DNA from: a virus
Strand: one strand, 5' to 3'
DNA length: 64,000 nt
Virus record (IMG/VR): IMGVR_UViG_2077657010_000001
Coordinates: 34,323-98,322 of that record
The notes under the pieces were generated by a model, which saw nothing but the letters and a program-made list of their open reading frames with translations, did no database searches and was not told the DNA's origin. This document shows positions 8,807 to 18,728 of the stretch, piece by piece. How positions within the stretch are numbered: position 1 is the first letter of the stretch; every line of letters starts with the position of its first letter. Position numbers and translations under genes: made by a program.

Positions 8807-9655
8807 ATGAAAAACAATATGTTTAATGTAGTGATGGCAATTCTTCTGTTTCTTGCAACACTACTTATAACCGCACCAGAAAGTCACGCTTCAACTGGGT
8901 GGGATACGCATTCTGAGTTATTTGCTGAGGTGAGTCAGAAGACGGGTATTGATGTCCGTGAACTCACCGCTGTTGCTTCACTTGAGTCGTCCTTCAGACC
9001 ACATGTCAAAGCAAGTACATCCAGTGCAACCGGTTTGTTCCAATTTACTACACGTACCTGGCGTGTCACTTTAAAGACATACGGTCAAAAGTATTTACTT
9101 GATCCTAATGTATCAAGAAAAGACCCTTACGCCAATGCATTGATGGGTGCCGAATACATGAAGGAAAACCGTCGTGTATTGAAAAAGAAATTAGACAGAG
9201 AGCCAAACATCGTTGACGTTTATATGGCCCATCTGATTGCACCACGTCGGGTCGCAGCATTAGAAGACATTAACCCTAATGCAAAGCTAGCTTATATCTA
9301 TCCACGCATCGCAAGCGCTAACAAATCCTTGTTTTACGACGACAACGATTATCCATTATCCGTCTCACAATTTAAAACATTGATTAAGGATAAAGTGTAT
9401 GATGCATACTTTCAATATGAAGACCATGCATTGGCAGCTGTTGACAGTTACTACCAAAACATTTTAACAGATGCTGCTTACTCAGATTGTCTGGTACCAG
9501 CATGGACAGTGATGGATGTCAAACCTGTAGTGGCTGAATCCATTAAAATGGCCATCAATACCACCCCGATGTTAACTACGCCTAATAAGCGTAATTCCCC
9601 GAAAGATGACAAAGCTCAACGTATGGTGGTTGCTGACCGCCGTTGGACTGTATAA
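8807..9655 (+). CDS. Lytic transglycosylase (SLT; phiKZ gp144-like catalytic domain) with N-terminal signal peptide
   Basis: LESSF catalytic Glu, SSATGLFQF, DPYANALMGAEY, YMAH motifs; MKNN plus hydrophobic core plus SHA cleavage-like site. Confidence 0.9.
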   Translation: MKNNMFNVVMAILLFLATLLITAPESHASTGWDTHSELFAEVSQKTGIDVRELTAVASLESSFRPHVKASTSSATGLFQFTTRTWRVTLKTYGQKYLLDPNVSRKDPYANALMGAEYMKENRRVLKKKLDREPNIVDVYMAHLIAPRRVAALEDINPNAKLAYIYPRIASANKSLFYDDNDYPLSVSQFKTLIKDKVYDAYFQYEDHALAAVDSYYQNILTDAAYSDCLVPAWTVMDVKPVVAESIKMAINTTPMLTTPNKRNSPKDDKAQRMVVADRRWTV

Positions 9656-9669
9656 CTAAAGGAGTTTAG

Positions 9670-9939
9670 ATGAAAAAGCATAACGTTGTATTTGACATTG
9701 AAAAAATCAACGCTGTGAAGTACCCAGTCGCCCGTGTAGATGATAATGTCGTCGCCGCGATTGTCGGCGGGGTAGTGTATTTCCTATCCGCGTTCATGAC
9801 GTATGACAAGAAGGCCCAGGATAAAATCAGTGGCCGTGTCATTGCCAAGTATAAACGCACATATGGCGTATCGGGGCTTGTCGCATTCGAAGAATGCGAG
9901 TTAGGCGAGTTAGTTAACAAACTTGAATGTACTGAATAA
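9670..9939 (+). CDS. Hypothetical protein
   Basis: AAGGAG RBS, 89 aa. Confidence 0.75.
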   Translation: MKKHNVVFDIEKINAVKYPVARVDDNVVAAIVGGVVYFLSAFMTYDKKAQDKISGRVIAKYKRTYGVSGLVAFEECELGELVNKLECTE

Positions 9940-9941
9940 TC

Positions 9942-9972
9942 AGAGAGGTGGGCAAATGCCCACCTCTCTTTT
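9942..9972 (+). terminator. Rho-independent terminator
   Basis: AGAGAGGTGGGC-AAAT-GCCCACCTCTCT plus short T-run. Confidence 0.8.
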
Positions 9973-10002
9973 ATGTCTACCTATTAATCGGAGAATATAA
10001 TT

Positions 10003-10893
10003 ATGTATTACCCAAAATCATTAGATCATCAACTGCCCACTCAGGTTACGCGCCAAAACCACATTGACAAGCATGCAATGCTACGCATCAAAAGAGATGC
10101 GACAAACTTATTGTTAGGGGATAGCATCACAGAAAAGTCTGTGCAAGATACATTGCGCCTAATAACGCTGCCAAGTAATTCTGCCGATGAGTTATTACCT
10201 AGTGATAAAATATGCGGTTACTTGTCGGCACTGCATCGTGAGCTTATATACAATGAGTATACACATGAGCCTGTTGCCGAGAAAGTAAATCCTAACCAAT
10301 ACAACGGGACGTTCGTCCTTCAAGGTGACGTAGCGCAGTTGATAGACCTTGCTGTGAAGAAAGTCTACGGTTACACTAAGCTACTTACCGAACCGCCACG
10401 TGATTTGATTTCTGCACTTGATCAAATCACTGATATTGTGGTGGAGGATTTAAATGCCGTACTCATCCACAATGAAGCGATCAGGCGTGTGGTGCTGGAT
10501 AACGTTCCTATCAAAATGGAATACCTTACAGAGGGTAATTACAATAAGCGCTACACCATTGGCGCACTGGAGCATTTCAGTTATTGTGCCTACATTGGCG
10601 GTAAGATGTATATGGAATATATAGACCCTAACGATTCCAACACACAACCACCCGTAAATTTCAAGGTTCCATTCGCTTTACCTGAAGTGTACGGTTTGGT
10701 TTCACAGTGTGGGAATGACCTATTGAAACTTGCCACTAAATTAGAGTACAGTCAATGCCATCTAAAACCTCTAGTGCCCTACACGGTAGGTTTTGACAAC
10801 ACTGAAGTCCATAGTAAGTATGACGGTGTCGATGAGCTTAGACATCGCAGACAGTCGTCTAATCGTCGTGGTAATCGTCGCCGCATGTTTTAA
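10003..10893 (+). CDS. Hypothetical protein with Arg-rich C-terminus
   Basis: GGAG RBS, 296 aa. Confidence 0.8.
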   Translation: MYYPKSLDHQLPTQVTRQNHIDKHAMLRIKRDATNLLLGDSITEKSVQDTLRLITLPSNSADELLPSDKICGYLSALHRELIYNEYTHEPVAEKVNPNQYNGTFVLQGDVAQLIDLAVKKVYGYTKLLTEPPRDLISALDQITDIVVEDLNAVLIHNEAIRRVVLDNVPIKMEYLTEGNYNKRYTIGALEHFSYCAYIGGKMYMEYIDPNDSNTQPPVNFKVPFALPEVYGLVSQCGNDLLKLATKLEYSQCHLKPLVPYTVGFDNTEVHSKYDGVDELRHRRQSSNRRGNRRRMF

Positions 10894-11568
10894 ACAAAAA
10901 AAGAGAGGGGGCAATGCCCCCTCTTTATTTTTTGCCTCTAAGGCATCTTTATTATCTTCAAAGACAGATAACAATAACTCGTAATCTTCCCTTAACTGCG
11001 CATTTTCTTTCTCTAACTGTGTGACTTGTTCAGCCAAAGGTGTGTGACTATTGATTGCCGCACGACGAGAAGCCTCCAGCTCAACATGCTCCTCATGAGT
11101 GAGGGTGCCATCCATAGGCACTGTGGCGAGTTCAACATTCACCATCTCATCGCCAACGCCCGCCGCTTTCTTTACCATACTCGCAACATCTTCGACGATA
11201 TACTCAATATCCATCGTATTAGGTAATGGCCCCATATCAACGAGTACCAATTTACGTTCATAACGTATACCCGACATACCTGGATATGATTCAATATATG
11301 TATTAGGGATATACACATACTTATTATCGGAGGATATTAAGGTGACAATTGATGCCCCCTTATCAGTATCCTCTTCGTATATCGATGTGCTGATACCTAC
11401 CGGCTTGTAATACTGTCCGTAGACATCGATGTTCTTTTTTGCAAGCTCATCAATCGTTCGGATGGCATGACAGCGGTATGTTGTTTTTTCACGTAGCGTA
11501 TACGGCTGACTGACAATGAAGATGCCTGTCGCATTGACAGGCGGTGTAACTAATCGACGTTCTGACAT
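10771..11568 (-). CDS. Putative virion structural protein; C-terminus reads through the terminator
   Basis: Directly follows 11572..12909; C-terminal coiled coil; last ~55 codons run through the terminator and antisense into the neighbouring gene. Confidence 0.6.
   Translation of the reverse strand: MSERRLVTPPVNATGIFIVSQPYTLREKTTYRCHAIRTIDELAKKNIDVYGQYYKPVGISTSIYEEDTDKGASIVTLISSDNKYVYIPNTYIESYPGMSGIRYERKLVLVDMGPLPNTMDIEYIVEDVASMVKKAAGVGDEMVNVELATVPMDGTLTHEEHVELEASRRAAINSHTPLAEQVTQLEKENAQLREDYELLLSVFEDNKDALEAKNKEGALPPLFFCLKHAATITTTIRRLSAMSKLIDTVILTMDFSVVKTYRVGH
10896..10933. terminator. Bidirectional terminator
   Basis: A-run, AGAGGGGGCA/TGCCCCCTCT, T-run; between convergent genes. Confidence 0.85.
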
Positions 11569-11571
11569 ACC

Positions 11572-12909
11572 TTACACTCCATCTGAGGGCAATACTGCTT
11601 CTTCCATGGACGTGCGTGCCAATACGAGATAGAGTACGTTCTCGTAAGAGAATCCTACAAACATTAGTCCGTCACGTTCAACACGTGCATATTCAACATC
11701 TAAGTATGAATATTCATCCATCTCTTCAGCTGCAATCACGGCACCGTAGAGCATATGTACCCAATCAGTGGTACGCTTATCCATGCGGTTAAAGTCCCCG
11801 CTCATTGTTGGTGTGACAATGTATTTGGGGAAGTAATCGCTAAGCAAATATTTATTGTCGCGGTTTTCAACGCCCCCTGCAGTGACGAATGCCAGTGACT
11901 TATACTGGATTAACGACGACTGTAAATATTTTTTAACATGCCCACTCTTAGGGTACTTTATGTACTTTTGTGCCTTTTTTAGCACCTCATCATGTGATAG
12001 GATCGGGCTATACATCTGTCCACGTGCAGTTTCATCTGGCACACTACGTTTGTACCACATTGGCACAATAACGAATTCGGTAGATGTAAAGATGTCTGGG
12101 AAGACTGGTATCCAATCTTCGCGAACAAATGCAGAATGTGCGAGTATGTACTCCGCAATCGCTTCTTTGATCGCAAGTGGGTTCTTACCGGCCACCCCGT
12201 AAATGGCGACAGACCAAAACGTTTGTCGATGAGTTTCTTTATCTTCACGGTCATACCACGTGTATTCGTTGGTAACACGTTCAGAATAAGGATAACCATT
12301 GACTTTGTCTGTGGTCTTCTGGTCATGGTCTGGTAAGTTGAATGCGTCAAGTGCAGGGCCAACATACTGTATGGTTTTCATGAACGTATCGACTGGCTCT
12401 ACTGGCGGAATGACAACAATTTCATATTCGTCATATTGCGCCTTAAACGCTTCGTCGGCATACCAGATACGGATTTCGTTTTCTTCTTCACCGTCATCAA
12501 GATTCCACGTTAAAAACGATGGCATCCAGTTACCTCGTGCAGAAACAAGACGACCAATCTCAACATCCCCAATACTATCAGAAAACTCGGCAAGGAATAA
12601 TCGGCGGAACTGCTCTGGATCATCAGACAGTGCTCCTGATACTGAGTTGTTATACACCCATTGTGATATCTTTAGGATGTGTGTATAATACTTAGCAGGA
12701 ACGCTAACAATATCCTCTTCTTTCTTACATGAGAATGTGATTAACTCACAGTTTGGCGCATCGTTAATCGTGAAATATCCTTTCTCACGTGAGTAAGAAA
12801 GCGACATACTTGAGAGCTCACCTAATGGCGAGACGTTTTCTTTGTTACCATCGCTTGGCATGTTATCTGCCAACGCATTGATTTCAATGAAACCTTTTAT
12901 GTTGTACAT
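11572..12909 (-). CDS. Putative virion structural protein (phiKZ-like conserved)
   Basis: 445 aa ORF in the conserved position near RNase H; product inferred. Confidence 0.55.
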   Translation of the reverse strand: MYNIKGFIEINALADNMPSDGNKENVSPLGELSSMSLSYSREKGYFTINDAPNCELITFSCKKEEDIVSVPAKYYTHILKISQWVYNNSVSGALSDDPEQFRRLFLAEFSDSIGDVEIGRLVSARGNWMPSFLTWNLDDGEEENEIRIWYADEAFKAQYDEYEIVVIPPVEPVDTFMKTIQYVGPALDAFNLPDHDQKTTDKVNGYPYSERVTNEYTWYDREDKETHRQTFWSVAIYGVAGKNPLAIKEAIAEYILAHSAFVREDWIPVFPDIFTSTEFVIVPMWYKRSVPDETARGQMYSPILSHDEVLKKAQKYIKYPKSGHVKKYLQSSLIQYKSLAFVTAGGVENRDNKYLLSDYFPKYIVTPTMSGDFNRMDKRTTDWVHMLYGAVIAAEEMDEYSYLDVEYARVERDGLMFVGFSYENVLYLVLARTSMEEAVLPSDGV

Positions 12910-12976
12910 GTGGGTTCTCCGATTATTACCGTCACATAATAATTATAAATGTTTATTAGCGAAGGAGATTAAACAA

Positions 12977-13390
12977 ATGGGCTGGGTAAAAATATTGCTA
13001 CCAATAATCTTAGACTACTTTAAGGAAATACTACTTCCACACAAGGATGCCAAAAAGACAACATTACTTGAACGTGTGTTGAGTCTTTTGGTCATCATTA
13101 TGTTCGTGATGTTGTCTATCACAGGTGAACGATTCTTCAGTCTTTATGATCGCATGCAGGTATTGAACCGTGAAGCGGTTGTCGCCAAGACCAAATATGA
13201 TGTGGTTCATCGCAAATATTTGGAAATGGTTGAAGAATATAATGGTCTCAGAGCCAAATACCGTTCCCTTCAAGACAAACGGTGTGAAGTAGAAGCAACT
13301 ACATACGATGACGAAGAGGGCGAACATCAATCTAATGACGATGGATTAAAGTCCCTACGTTCAGAAATAATCAACCACATAAACAGTTAG
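12977..13390 (+). CDS. Candidate i-spanin (inner membrane anchor plus coiled coil)
   Basis: AAGGAG RBS at ATG12977; TM VLSLLVIIMFVMLSITG then heptad-rich helix; adjacent lipoprotein. Confidence 0.55.
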   Translation: MGWVKILLPIILDYFKEILLPHKDAKKTTLLERVLSLLVIIMFVMLSITGERFFSLYDRMQVLNREAVVAKTKYDVVHRKYLEMVEEYNGLRAKYRSLQDKRCEVEATTYDDEEGEHQSNDDGLKSLRSEIINHINS

Positions 13391-13398
13391 GCTAGCTA

Positions 13399-13917
13399 AT
13401 GAAGATTATCACTTCGTTGCTCCTGGCATTGCTTTTGGTAGGGTGCCAACTTCCTGACGCTGTATTTAAGACGCATAATCATCGCCTCACTGACGAGGAA
13501 GTGGCGCGTATTGTAAATATGGTCAAGGAGGATGGCAATAAGAATGAGGTATTCATGATGGAGTTAAAGGCACCGCCTGATATTTCCGATTATGAAAACC
13601 TGTTGAGCAATGAGCGTGTACTGCGTAAGTATTCTGATCATCTTAATTTATACTTTGAGCAGGTATTCGCTTATACCGCAACATTCAACCTCTATGCAAA
13701 AGAACGTGGGTGGAAGCCTCCTGAGCATCCACCTGTGTGTCGAATTCTTGATATAGATACGTTAGACGAATTACCTCCATTTGAGAATGTGGGTGAATCT
13801 AAAGACCTTAATTGGCAACTGGCCGATTATATCAAACGTCTTAAAGTGTTCTATGGCCAAGAATCCAATGAACAGGAAGTAACCAAAATTTTCCAACGTT
13901 TTTTATGCGTTTATTAA
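13399..13917 (+). CDS. Lipoprotein, candidate o-spanin
   Basis: MKIITSLLLALLLVG-C lipobox; Pro-rich segments (PPEHPPVC, ELPP). Confidence 0.6.
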   Translation: MKIITSLLLALLLVGCQLPDAVFKTHNHRLTDEEVARIVNMVKEDGNKNEVFMMELKAPPDISDYENLLSNERVLRKYSDHLNLYFEQVFAYTATFNLYAKERGWKPPEHPPVCRILDIDTLDELPPFENVGESKDLNWQLADYIKRLKVFYGQESNEQEVTKIFQRFLCVY

Positions 13918-13924
13918 AGTAAAA

Positions 13925-13968
13925 AAAATACAGGCGATGTGGCGTTCTCGCCATGTCCCTGTATTTTT
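13925..13968. terminator. Terminator-like hairpin
   Basis: AAAATACAGG..ATGTGGCG-TTCT-CGCCATGT..CCTGTATTTTT. Confidence 0.6.
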
Positions 13969-14009
13969 ATATGCATCTAGTATCCTTTGAGCAGTAAAAG
14001 GAGTACCTC

Positions 14010-14708
14010 ATGTTTGCAACTATAAACCCACCTACCGTCGTCGTTGGGCTGGATGTCGAGACAAAAGCCCTTGTTCCTAACTCATATATTTTATCCGTTG
14101 GACTTGCCGCTTACGACATTAAGACACTACGGTGTGTTGAATTTGCTGAATTCGTTTTCGACCCAAACGACCCAGAGCAAATTACACGTGCTATCGATAA
14201 AAACACCATTGAATGGTGGCACAATCATCAAGATAACAATCCACGTTACCCAACTAAGGCTGTCTTTGAACACACTTGGGGTGGTACATTGCCATTCTCA
14301 ACCGGCATGAGTAAATTGGCGTCAATACTTCGACCCTATAGCAAGCGCGATGATGTTGTCATGCCAATGCGTGGCCCTGACTTTGACATGCCTATTCTCA
14401 TTAATGCCCTTCAAGAAACAGGCAACCGTAAAGGTGCGCTCTATGCCCGCAATTTAGACTCACACCGTACAGTGGAAAAGGTCATTGCAAGTTTAGAGTT
14501 GCCTGCATTAACTGAAAAAGAAGTTATCGCCAATATTGGTGAGATTAAATTACATACTGCTGGGTTTGATGCTGCTGTCGAGGCGTACGATACTGCACGA
14601 ATGTACCATGGCCTGCATCTCATTAAAGAGTTAGGATATGAAAAGACCTACGCTTATTTCGAATCCCTAGCAAGTGGCGATAGCATTTCATTCCCGAATA
14701 CAAAATAA
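14010..14708 (+). CDS. DEDDh 3'-5' exonuclease
   Basis: ExoI LDVET, ExoII RGPDFD, ExoIII HTAGFDA. Confidence 0.85.
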   Translation: MFATINPPTVVVGLDVETKALVPNSYILSVGLAAYDIKTLRCVEFAEFVFDPNDPEQITRAIDKNTIEWWHNHQDNNPRYPTKAVFEHTWGGTLPFSTGMSKLASILRPYSKRDDVVMPMRGPDFDMPILINALQETGNRKGALYARNLDSHRTVEKVIASLELPALTEKEVIANIGEIKLHTAGFDAAVEAYDTARMYHGLHLIKELGYEKTYAYFESLASGDSISFPNTK

Positions 14709-14713
14709 ACAGA

Positions 14714-16315
14714 GTGACGACAATGCATTACAAATATGCTGTAATATATACTGATGGTGGTGAATATCAGAATATGGCCGGTGCAGGTATCCACGGATAC
14801 TTGTTTAATGATTTACCCGCAGTAAGGTTTTCAAAAGTACCTGCGATTATTACACCATCTGGGTATGAACCTAAGCCGTCAGGTGCGCAACTTAAAGATG
14901 AGGCATACAACCCTACTTATAAAGAGTGGGACGTGTCTGTTTCACTACGTGACACCAAAACAGCCATAGCGTCAGGTGCCGATGTGAAAATTGTTGATGG
15001 TTGGTTGCCTTTACCGGGCGGCACATCACAATACGCTGAGCTGACCGCTTTCCTTTGGTTATTCGAACAAACTGAGTTCACATTCGAACATCTCATTGTG
15101 TATAGCGATTCCAATTATCTTGTTAAGGGTATCTACGAGCACCTCAAACAATGGATAAAGCGTGGGTGGAAGAAGCGCGATGGAATGCCTATTGCAAATC
15201 CTGAACTGTGGGTTAAGATCAATGAGGTTGTAAATAACCCAGACTTCTCAGAAAGTCGTGTAGAAAAGATTGCTGCCCACAAAGGTCACTATGGTAATGA
15301 ATGTGCTGACCGAAACGCAACCATGGCACGCTACATGGCAGCTAATGGATACCATGATTGTAAAATCAATATCGCTGACGTTCACGACTTCGATTACTGG
15401 GAGCCTGTTAAAGATTTCCCACCACTTGCAAGTCAAAAGTGGCTAGTCAGCTTTAATGAACGTATTCGTGATAAAAGCGAAATTGATGGAGAAGTCTACA
15501 ACCATTACTTCTTTGCAGACCACACTAAGGAAAACAATCGTCCAGACTTGTTAGCGAAGTTCATTTCTGATGCGAACTATTGTCTGTACCTTTGCAAGGA
15601 ACGGATTAACTTCGTGGATGACATCATCGACAAACACCGTGAGATGATGTGGCGTGGTACGTGTGAGATGTATCAGTCTGAATTGGTTAATCTTGTTAAT
15701 ATGACCAACTTACAGATGCCTAAAAATCTATGGGAGCTTAAGCGTGGGCCTGCGGGTGCGATGGGTTTGTCTGAAGACCGTTGTGAACTAAAAGGGGCTA
15801 AGGCTGAAAATGTCATCTCACATGTCATCAATCCACCAAAACTCTCATATCGGGTAGAAGAATACGAACTTCAACACCGTGAGATTATACAAAGTTATCT
15901 GGCTAAGTCTGGTCGCCGCTTTACAGGTGACGATAACTTCCGTCCATTTAATATCGTTGTTAATGACATCACAGACATCTTGTATGATGATGCTGTTGAT
16001 AAGAAAGGGAATGTGTCGGGTAAAGTGTTATCCGATACATATGGGCAAGTGACTCGCATGTTGGATTTCCATGTCCATCATCCATATAGTGATAAGACTG
16101 CTAAAGTCATCTTAACCTCTAAAGAAGACTTACCAGAGCGTAGCCTTCTCACCAAAATTAAAGATATGAACCCTAAGGTTTCCATCATCACATGGATACA
16201 CACTGGGTACAAGATTAATTATGGTACATTGGTCGAGTATGACGACGGAATCGCACTGTGGACGGCATATGGCTCTACACGGGTACTGACTAAGGAAGAG
16301 CAAGGTATCGCTTAA
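14714..16315 (+). CDS. rnhA: Ribonuclease HI with long C-terminal extension (phiKZ gp155-like)
   Basis: YTDGG, QYAELTA, YSDSNY, WIKRGWK..IANPELW, AHKGHYGNECAD. Confidence 0.92.
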   Translation: MTTMHYKYAVIYTDGGEYQNMAGAGIHGYLFNDLPAVRFSKVPAIITPSGYEPKPSGAQLKDEAYNPTYKEWDVSVSLRDTKTAIASGADVKIVDGWLPLPGGTSQYAELTAFLWLFEQTEFTFEHLIVYSDSNYLVKGIYEHLKQWIKRGWKKRDGMPIANPELWVKINEVVNNPDFSESRVEKIAAHKGHYGNECADRNATMARYMAANGYHDCKINIADVHDFDYWEPVKDFPPLASQKWLVSFNERIRDKSEIDGEVYNHYFFADHTKENNRPDLLAKFISDANYCLYLCKERINFVDDIIDKHREMMWRGTCEMYQSELVNLVNMTNLQMPKNLWELKRGPAGAMGLSEDRCELKGAKAENVISHVINPPKLSYRVEEYELQHREIIQSYLAKSGRRFTGDDNFRPFNIVVNDITDILYDDAVDKKGNVSGKVLSDTYGQVTRMLDFHVHHPYSDKTAKVILTSKEDLPERSLLTKIKDMNPKVSIITWIHTGYKINYGTLVEYDDGIALWTAYGSTRVLTKEEQGIA

Positions 16316-16325
16316 TGGGGTATAG

Positions 16326-16631
16326 ATGCAATATGACAACAGTAATCTACTGGCGTTAGCACTTACGGTTTATGAAGAGGGTGTGCCAGTTTATGGCCCT
16401 CACGATTGGGTGTGGTATTACCAAGCCGAAGGGTATGGCCCTATCCCCATTCCACATCATGACTTTGGTGTATATGAACACCGAGATTATTACATTAGAG
16501 TATATCCTGGTGATTGTAATCATGGTGAATGGTCTATAAAGATTTCTTTTGATGGTTCTCATTATAGGGAACTCACTGACCATGAGCTATCATTGGCTTG
16601 TCTACGTAACCACATCATCCGAAAACTATAA
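16326..16631 (+). CDS. Hypothetical protein
   Basis: 101 aa ORF, terminator follows. Confidence 0.7.
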   Translation: MQYDNSNLLALALTVYEEGVPVYGPHDWVWYYQAEGYGPIPIPHHDFGVYEHRDYYIRVYPGDCNHGEWSIKISFDGSHYRELTDHELSLACLRNHIIRKL

Positions 16632-16639
16632 CCATCTAA

Positions 16640-16673
16640 TAGGGTAGGTCTCGTGCCTACCCTAGTTTATTTT
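16640..16673 (+). terminator. Rho-independent terminator
   Basis: TAGGGTAGG..CCTACCCTA plus T-rich tail. Confidence 0.7.
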
Positions 16674-16693
16674 GGGTATATATCACTGTGATG
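16671..16693 (+). promoter_or_regulatory. Putative early promoter motif
   Basis: TTTGG-GTATATATCAC-TGTG-ATG. Confidence 0.5.
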
Positions 16694-16703
16694 TAATGTA
16701 ATT

Positions 16704-17042
16704 ATGATGGAGATTATGATGGAGATTAAGATGGTGAAAGATGAGCTCTATATACGCAGTGGTGTGTTAGATGTTGAGGAAGGAATGGATGTGGAGTGGT
16801 GTAACTATGCCACAGGGCTATACCTTGCATGTAATTTGGGACAGTTGCTCCTTCTCAGTAAGTACGCTGGGTATAACCACTCGATGTGGCCAGTAGTGGT
16901 TAGTACTGTATCACACACACCAACATATCGGGAGTTCTTGGATAGAGTAATCACATACATAGAGCAAACAAACCATGTATTGGATAGGGTTGTGGCTAAT
17001 TACCCACATGGTGTTAAACTTATAGTAATCACGGAGGTATGA
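16704..17042 (+). CDS. Hypothetical protein
   Basis: ORF after promoter motif; start ambiguous (ATGATGGAGATT repeated twice). Confidence 0.65.
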   Translation: MMEIMMEIKMVKDELYIRSGVLDVEEGMDVEWCNYATGLYLACNLGQLLLLSKYAGYNHSMWPVVVSTVSHTPTYREFLDRVITYIEQTNHVLDRVVANYPHGVKLIVITEV

Positions 17043-17045
17043 CTA

Positions 17046-17675
17046 TTGCGTGGTTCGTTTATTAATTATTTGTACATCCCAAGTGGGCGTGTTAAAGATC
17101 AAATTAAACGTATGTGGAAAAACGCTTATGACGATAACCATATTCACTTACTACCACTATCTGACCAAATGATGCTCCAAAGTGTTTATTTGGAGTTCCT
17201 TAGCCTTTTGATTTCTTTTATCTTAGACGTTAACCGTAACTTGATAGACATTAATGAGAAGTACGTCTTTGACCACCTTGTCTTTAATGAGATGAATACT
17301 TTTGATAATTACTTTGACAATTACTTCACACAACCTGATGAGTTAATCGAATCTGCAAACGACTTAGGGGATGCAGTATTAGATGACTTTAGTAATTTCA
17401 ACCACCCTGTGGGTGATTTGATATGTATTTATCAGACGACATCCGATATTGAATATGAGCATGAATGGCAGGAGCTGATGAATAGGGCAAATAAAAATAT
17501 GGGTGATTTGTGGTACACCATGAATGACACACATTCACTGTACCGTGAGTTAGAGAGACATCTACATGATGACTTTTCCCGGCGTGGCATGTACCGAATC
17601 ACACATCCTATATCCTCGGTTGAGTTCCATCGAGGATGTGCGTCAAAATGCATCATCCGTTTCGATGACAAATAA
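17046..17675 (+). CDS. Hypothetical protein
   Basis: GGAGG RBS before TTG; 209 aa. Confidence 0.75.
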   Translation: MRGSFINYLYIPSGRVKDQIKRMWKNAYDDNHIHLLPLSDQMMLQSVYLEFLSLLISFILDVNRNLIDINEKYVFDHLVFNEMNTFDNYFDNYFTQPDELIESANDLGDAVLDDFSNFNHPVGDLICIYQTTSDIEYEHEWQELMNRANKNMGDLWYTMNDTHSLYRELERHLHDDFSRRGMYRITHPISSVEFHRGCASKCIIRFDDK

Positions 17676-17706
17676 AAAGAGGGGCACTTACCCCTCTCTT
17701 TTTTTT
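17674..17706. terminator. Bidirectional terminator
   Basis: A-run, AGAGGGG..CCCCTCT, T-run; convergent genes. Confidence 0.8.
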
Positions 17707-17708
17707 GC

Positions 17709-18623
17709 CTATTTTGATAGATCTTCAATCTTGTTTCGCGTATCTTCCAACGCTTTAGACACGACTTTGGCTTTCTGGCAGATGTGCCCATAGAACTCTA
17801 CCCATGCCGCCGCCATATACATACGGTCGGTCAACATATCAACAATCTTGTCATTGACATCTAACGACTCTGTATTAATCTGCTCTGCGATGTTTGTCGC
17901 ATAATCATGGATAGTTTTCATGCACTCACGTACACTGGTATGGTTGATACGGTTCAGATTGTCTTGTAGCTGCAACACACGTTCGGATGTAATGTTTAAG
18001 TCTTGATTTCGACTATACACTTTTTTGAACTTCTCTTTATCGGTACGCTGTCGCGGATCGAAACATTCACTGATGTCGCTAATTAATTTATCTAGTCGCT
18101 TTTGACTATACTCTGTTTTCGTTTTATTTTCCAACGGGAGTACTTTACGGCTATTGAGTAAATCAGGCTCGTTGACATACTTACCCATCAATGTACGTAA
18201 TGGAATTAGCAACCCATCATTAATATTCGCCAGATACTCTACTGACTCCTCCAGGGTTTCAATATATTCCAACATGCTAACTTTAAGACCCACTGGAACA
18301 TATACCGTGACATCCCCGATAGAGAGGTACGGATTGCGGTCTAGCCAATTGATAGAGGTCTTACCTAGACCATTTTGGTGTTCGAACTTGACCAGTTCTT
18401 TATTGCCACCAAATAGCGTTTGAAATATGGAATCTACACGTGCTGTGAGCATCGAGCGTAGACCGTCATTGAATGTTTCTTGGAAGTTGGCTTTTGTGTC
18501 ACCACGCTCCATGCCGATATAGCAAGTTTGGCGAGCTTGCTGGTGTTTGATGAGTACCGGCAACTCTGTCGTATTCGTATTCACAGGGACATACTCCATT
18601 ATTTTATTAAGACTGACAAGCAT
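17709..18623 (-). CDS. Putative virion (head) protein, phiKZ gp153-like by position
   Basis: 304 aa helical ORF divergent from UvsX; GME motif near N-terminus is a possible protease site. Confidence 0.5.
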   Translation of the reverse strand: MLVSLNKIMEYVPVNTNTTELPVLIKHQQARQTCYIGMERGDTKANFQETFNDGLRSMLTARVDSIFQTLFGGNKELVKFEHQNGLGKTSINWLDRNPYLSIGDVTVYVPVGLKVSMLEYIETLEESVEYLANINDGLLIPLRTLMGKYVNEPDLLNSRKVLPLENKTKTEYSQKRLDKLISDISECFDPRQRTDKEKFKKVYSRNQDLNITSERVLQLQDNLNRINHTSVRECMKTIHDYATNIAEQINTESLDVNDKIVDMLTDRMYMAAAWVEFYGHICQKAKVVSKALEDTRNKIEDLSK

Positions 18624-18728
18624 AGTATAGTTAGCGCATTATATATACATCCAGTTATTTTTAATTCAGCTGCCGATACTTTGACAGGTAGACTTATAGT
18701 TTGTAATTATCTTCTAAAAGGAGCAATC

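Noticed and set aside
12842-12976. N-terminal extension of the spanin-like ORF
   Set aside because: Overlaps the divergent structural gene; RBS supports ATG12977
16704-16727. Tandem ATGATGGAGATT x2
   Set aside because: Only two copies; explained as alternative RBS/start duplication
18480-18728. N-terminal extension of the UvsX ORF
   Set aside because: Overlaps the divergent gene; a strong AAGGAG RBS supports ATG18729
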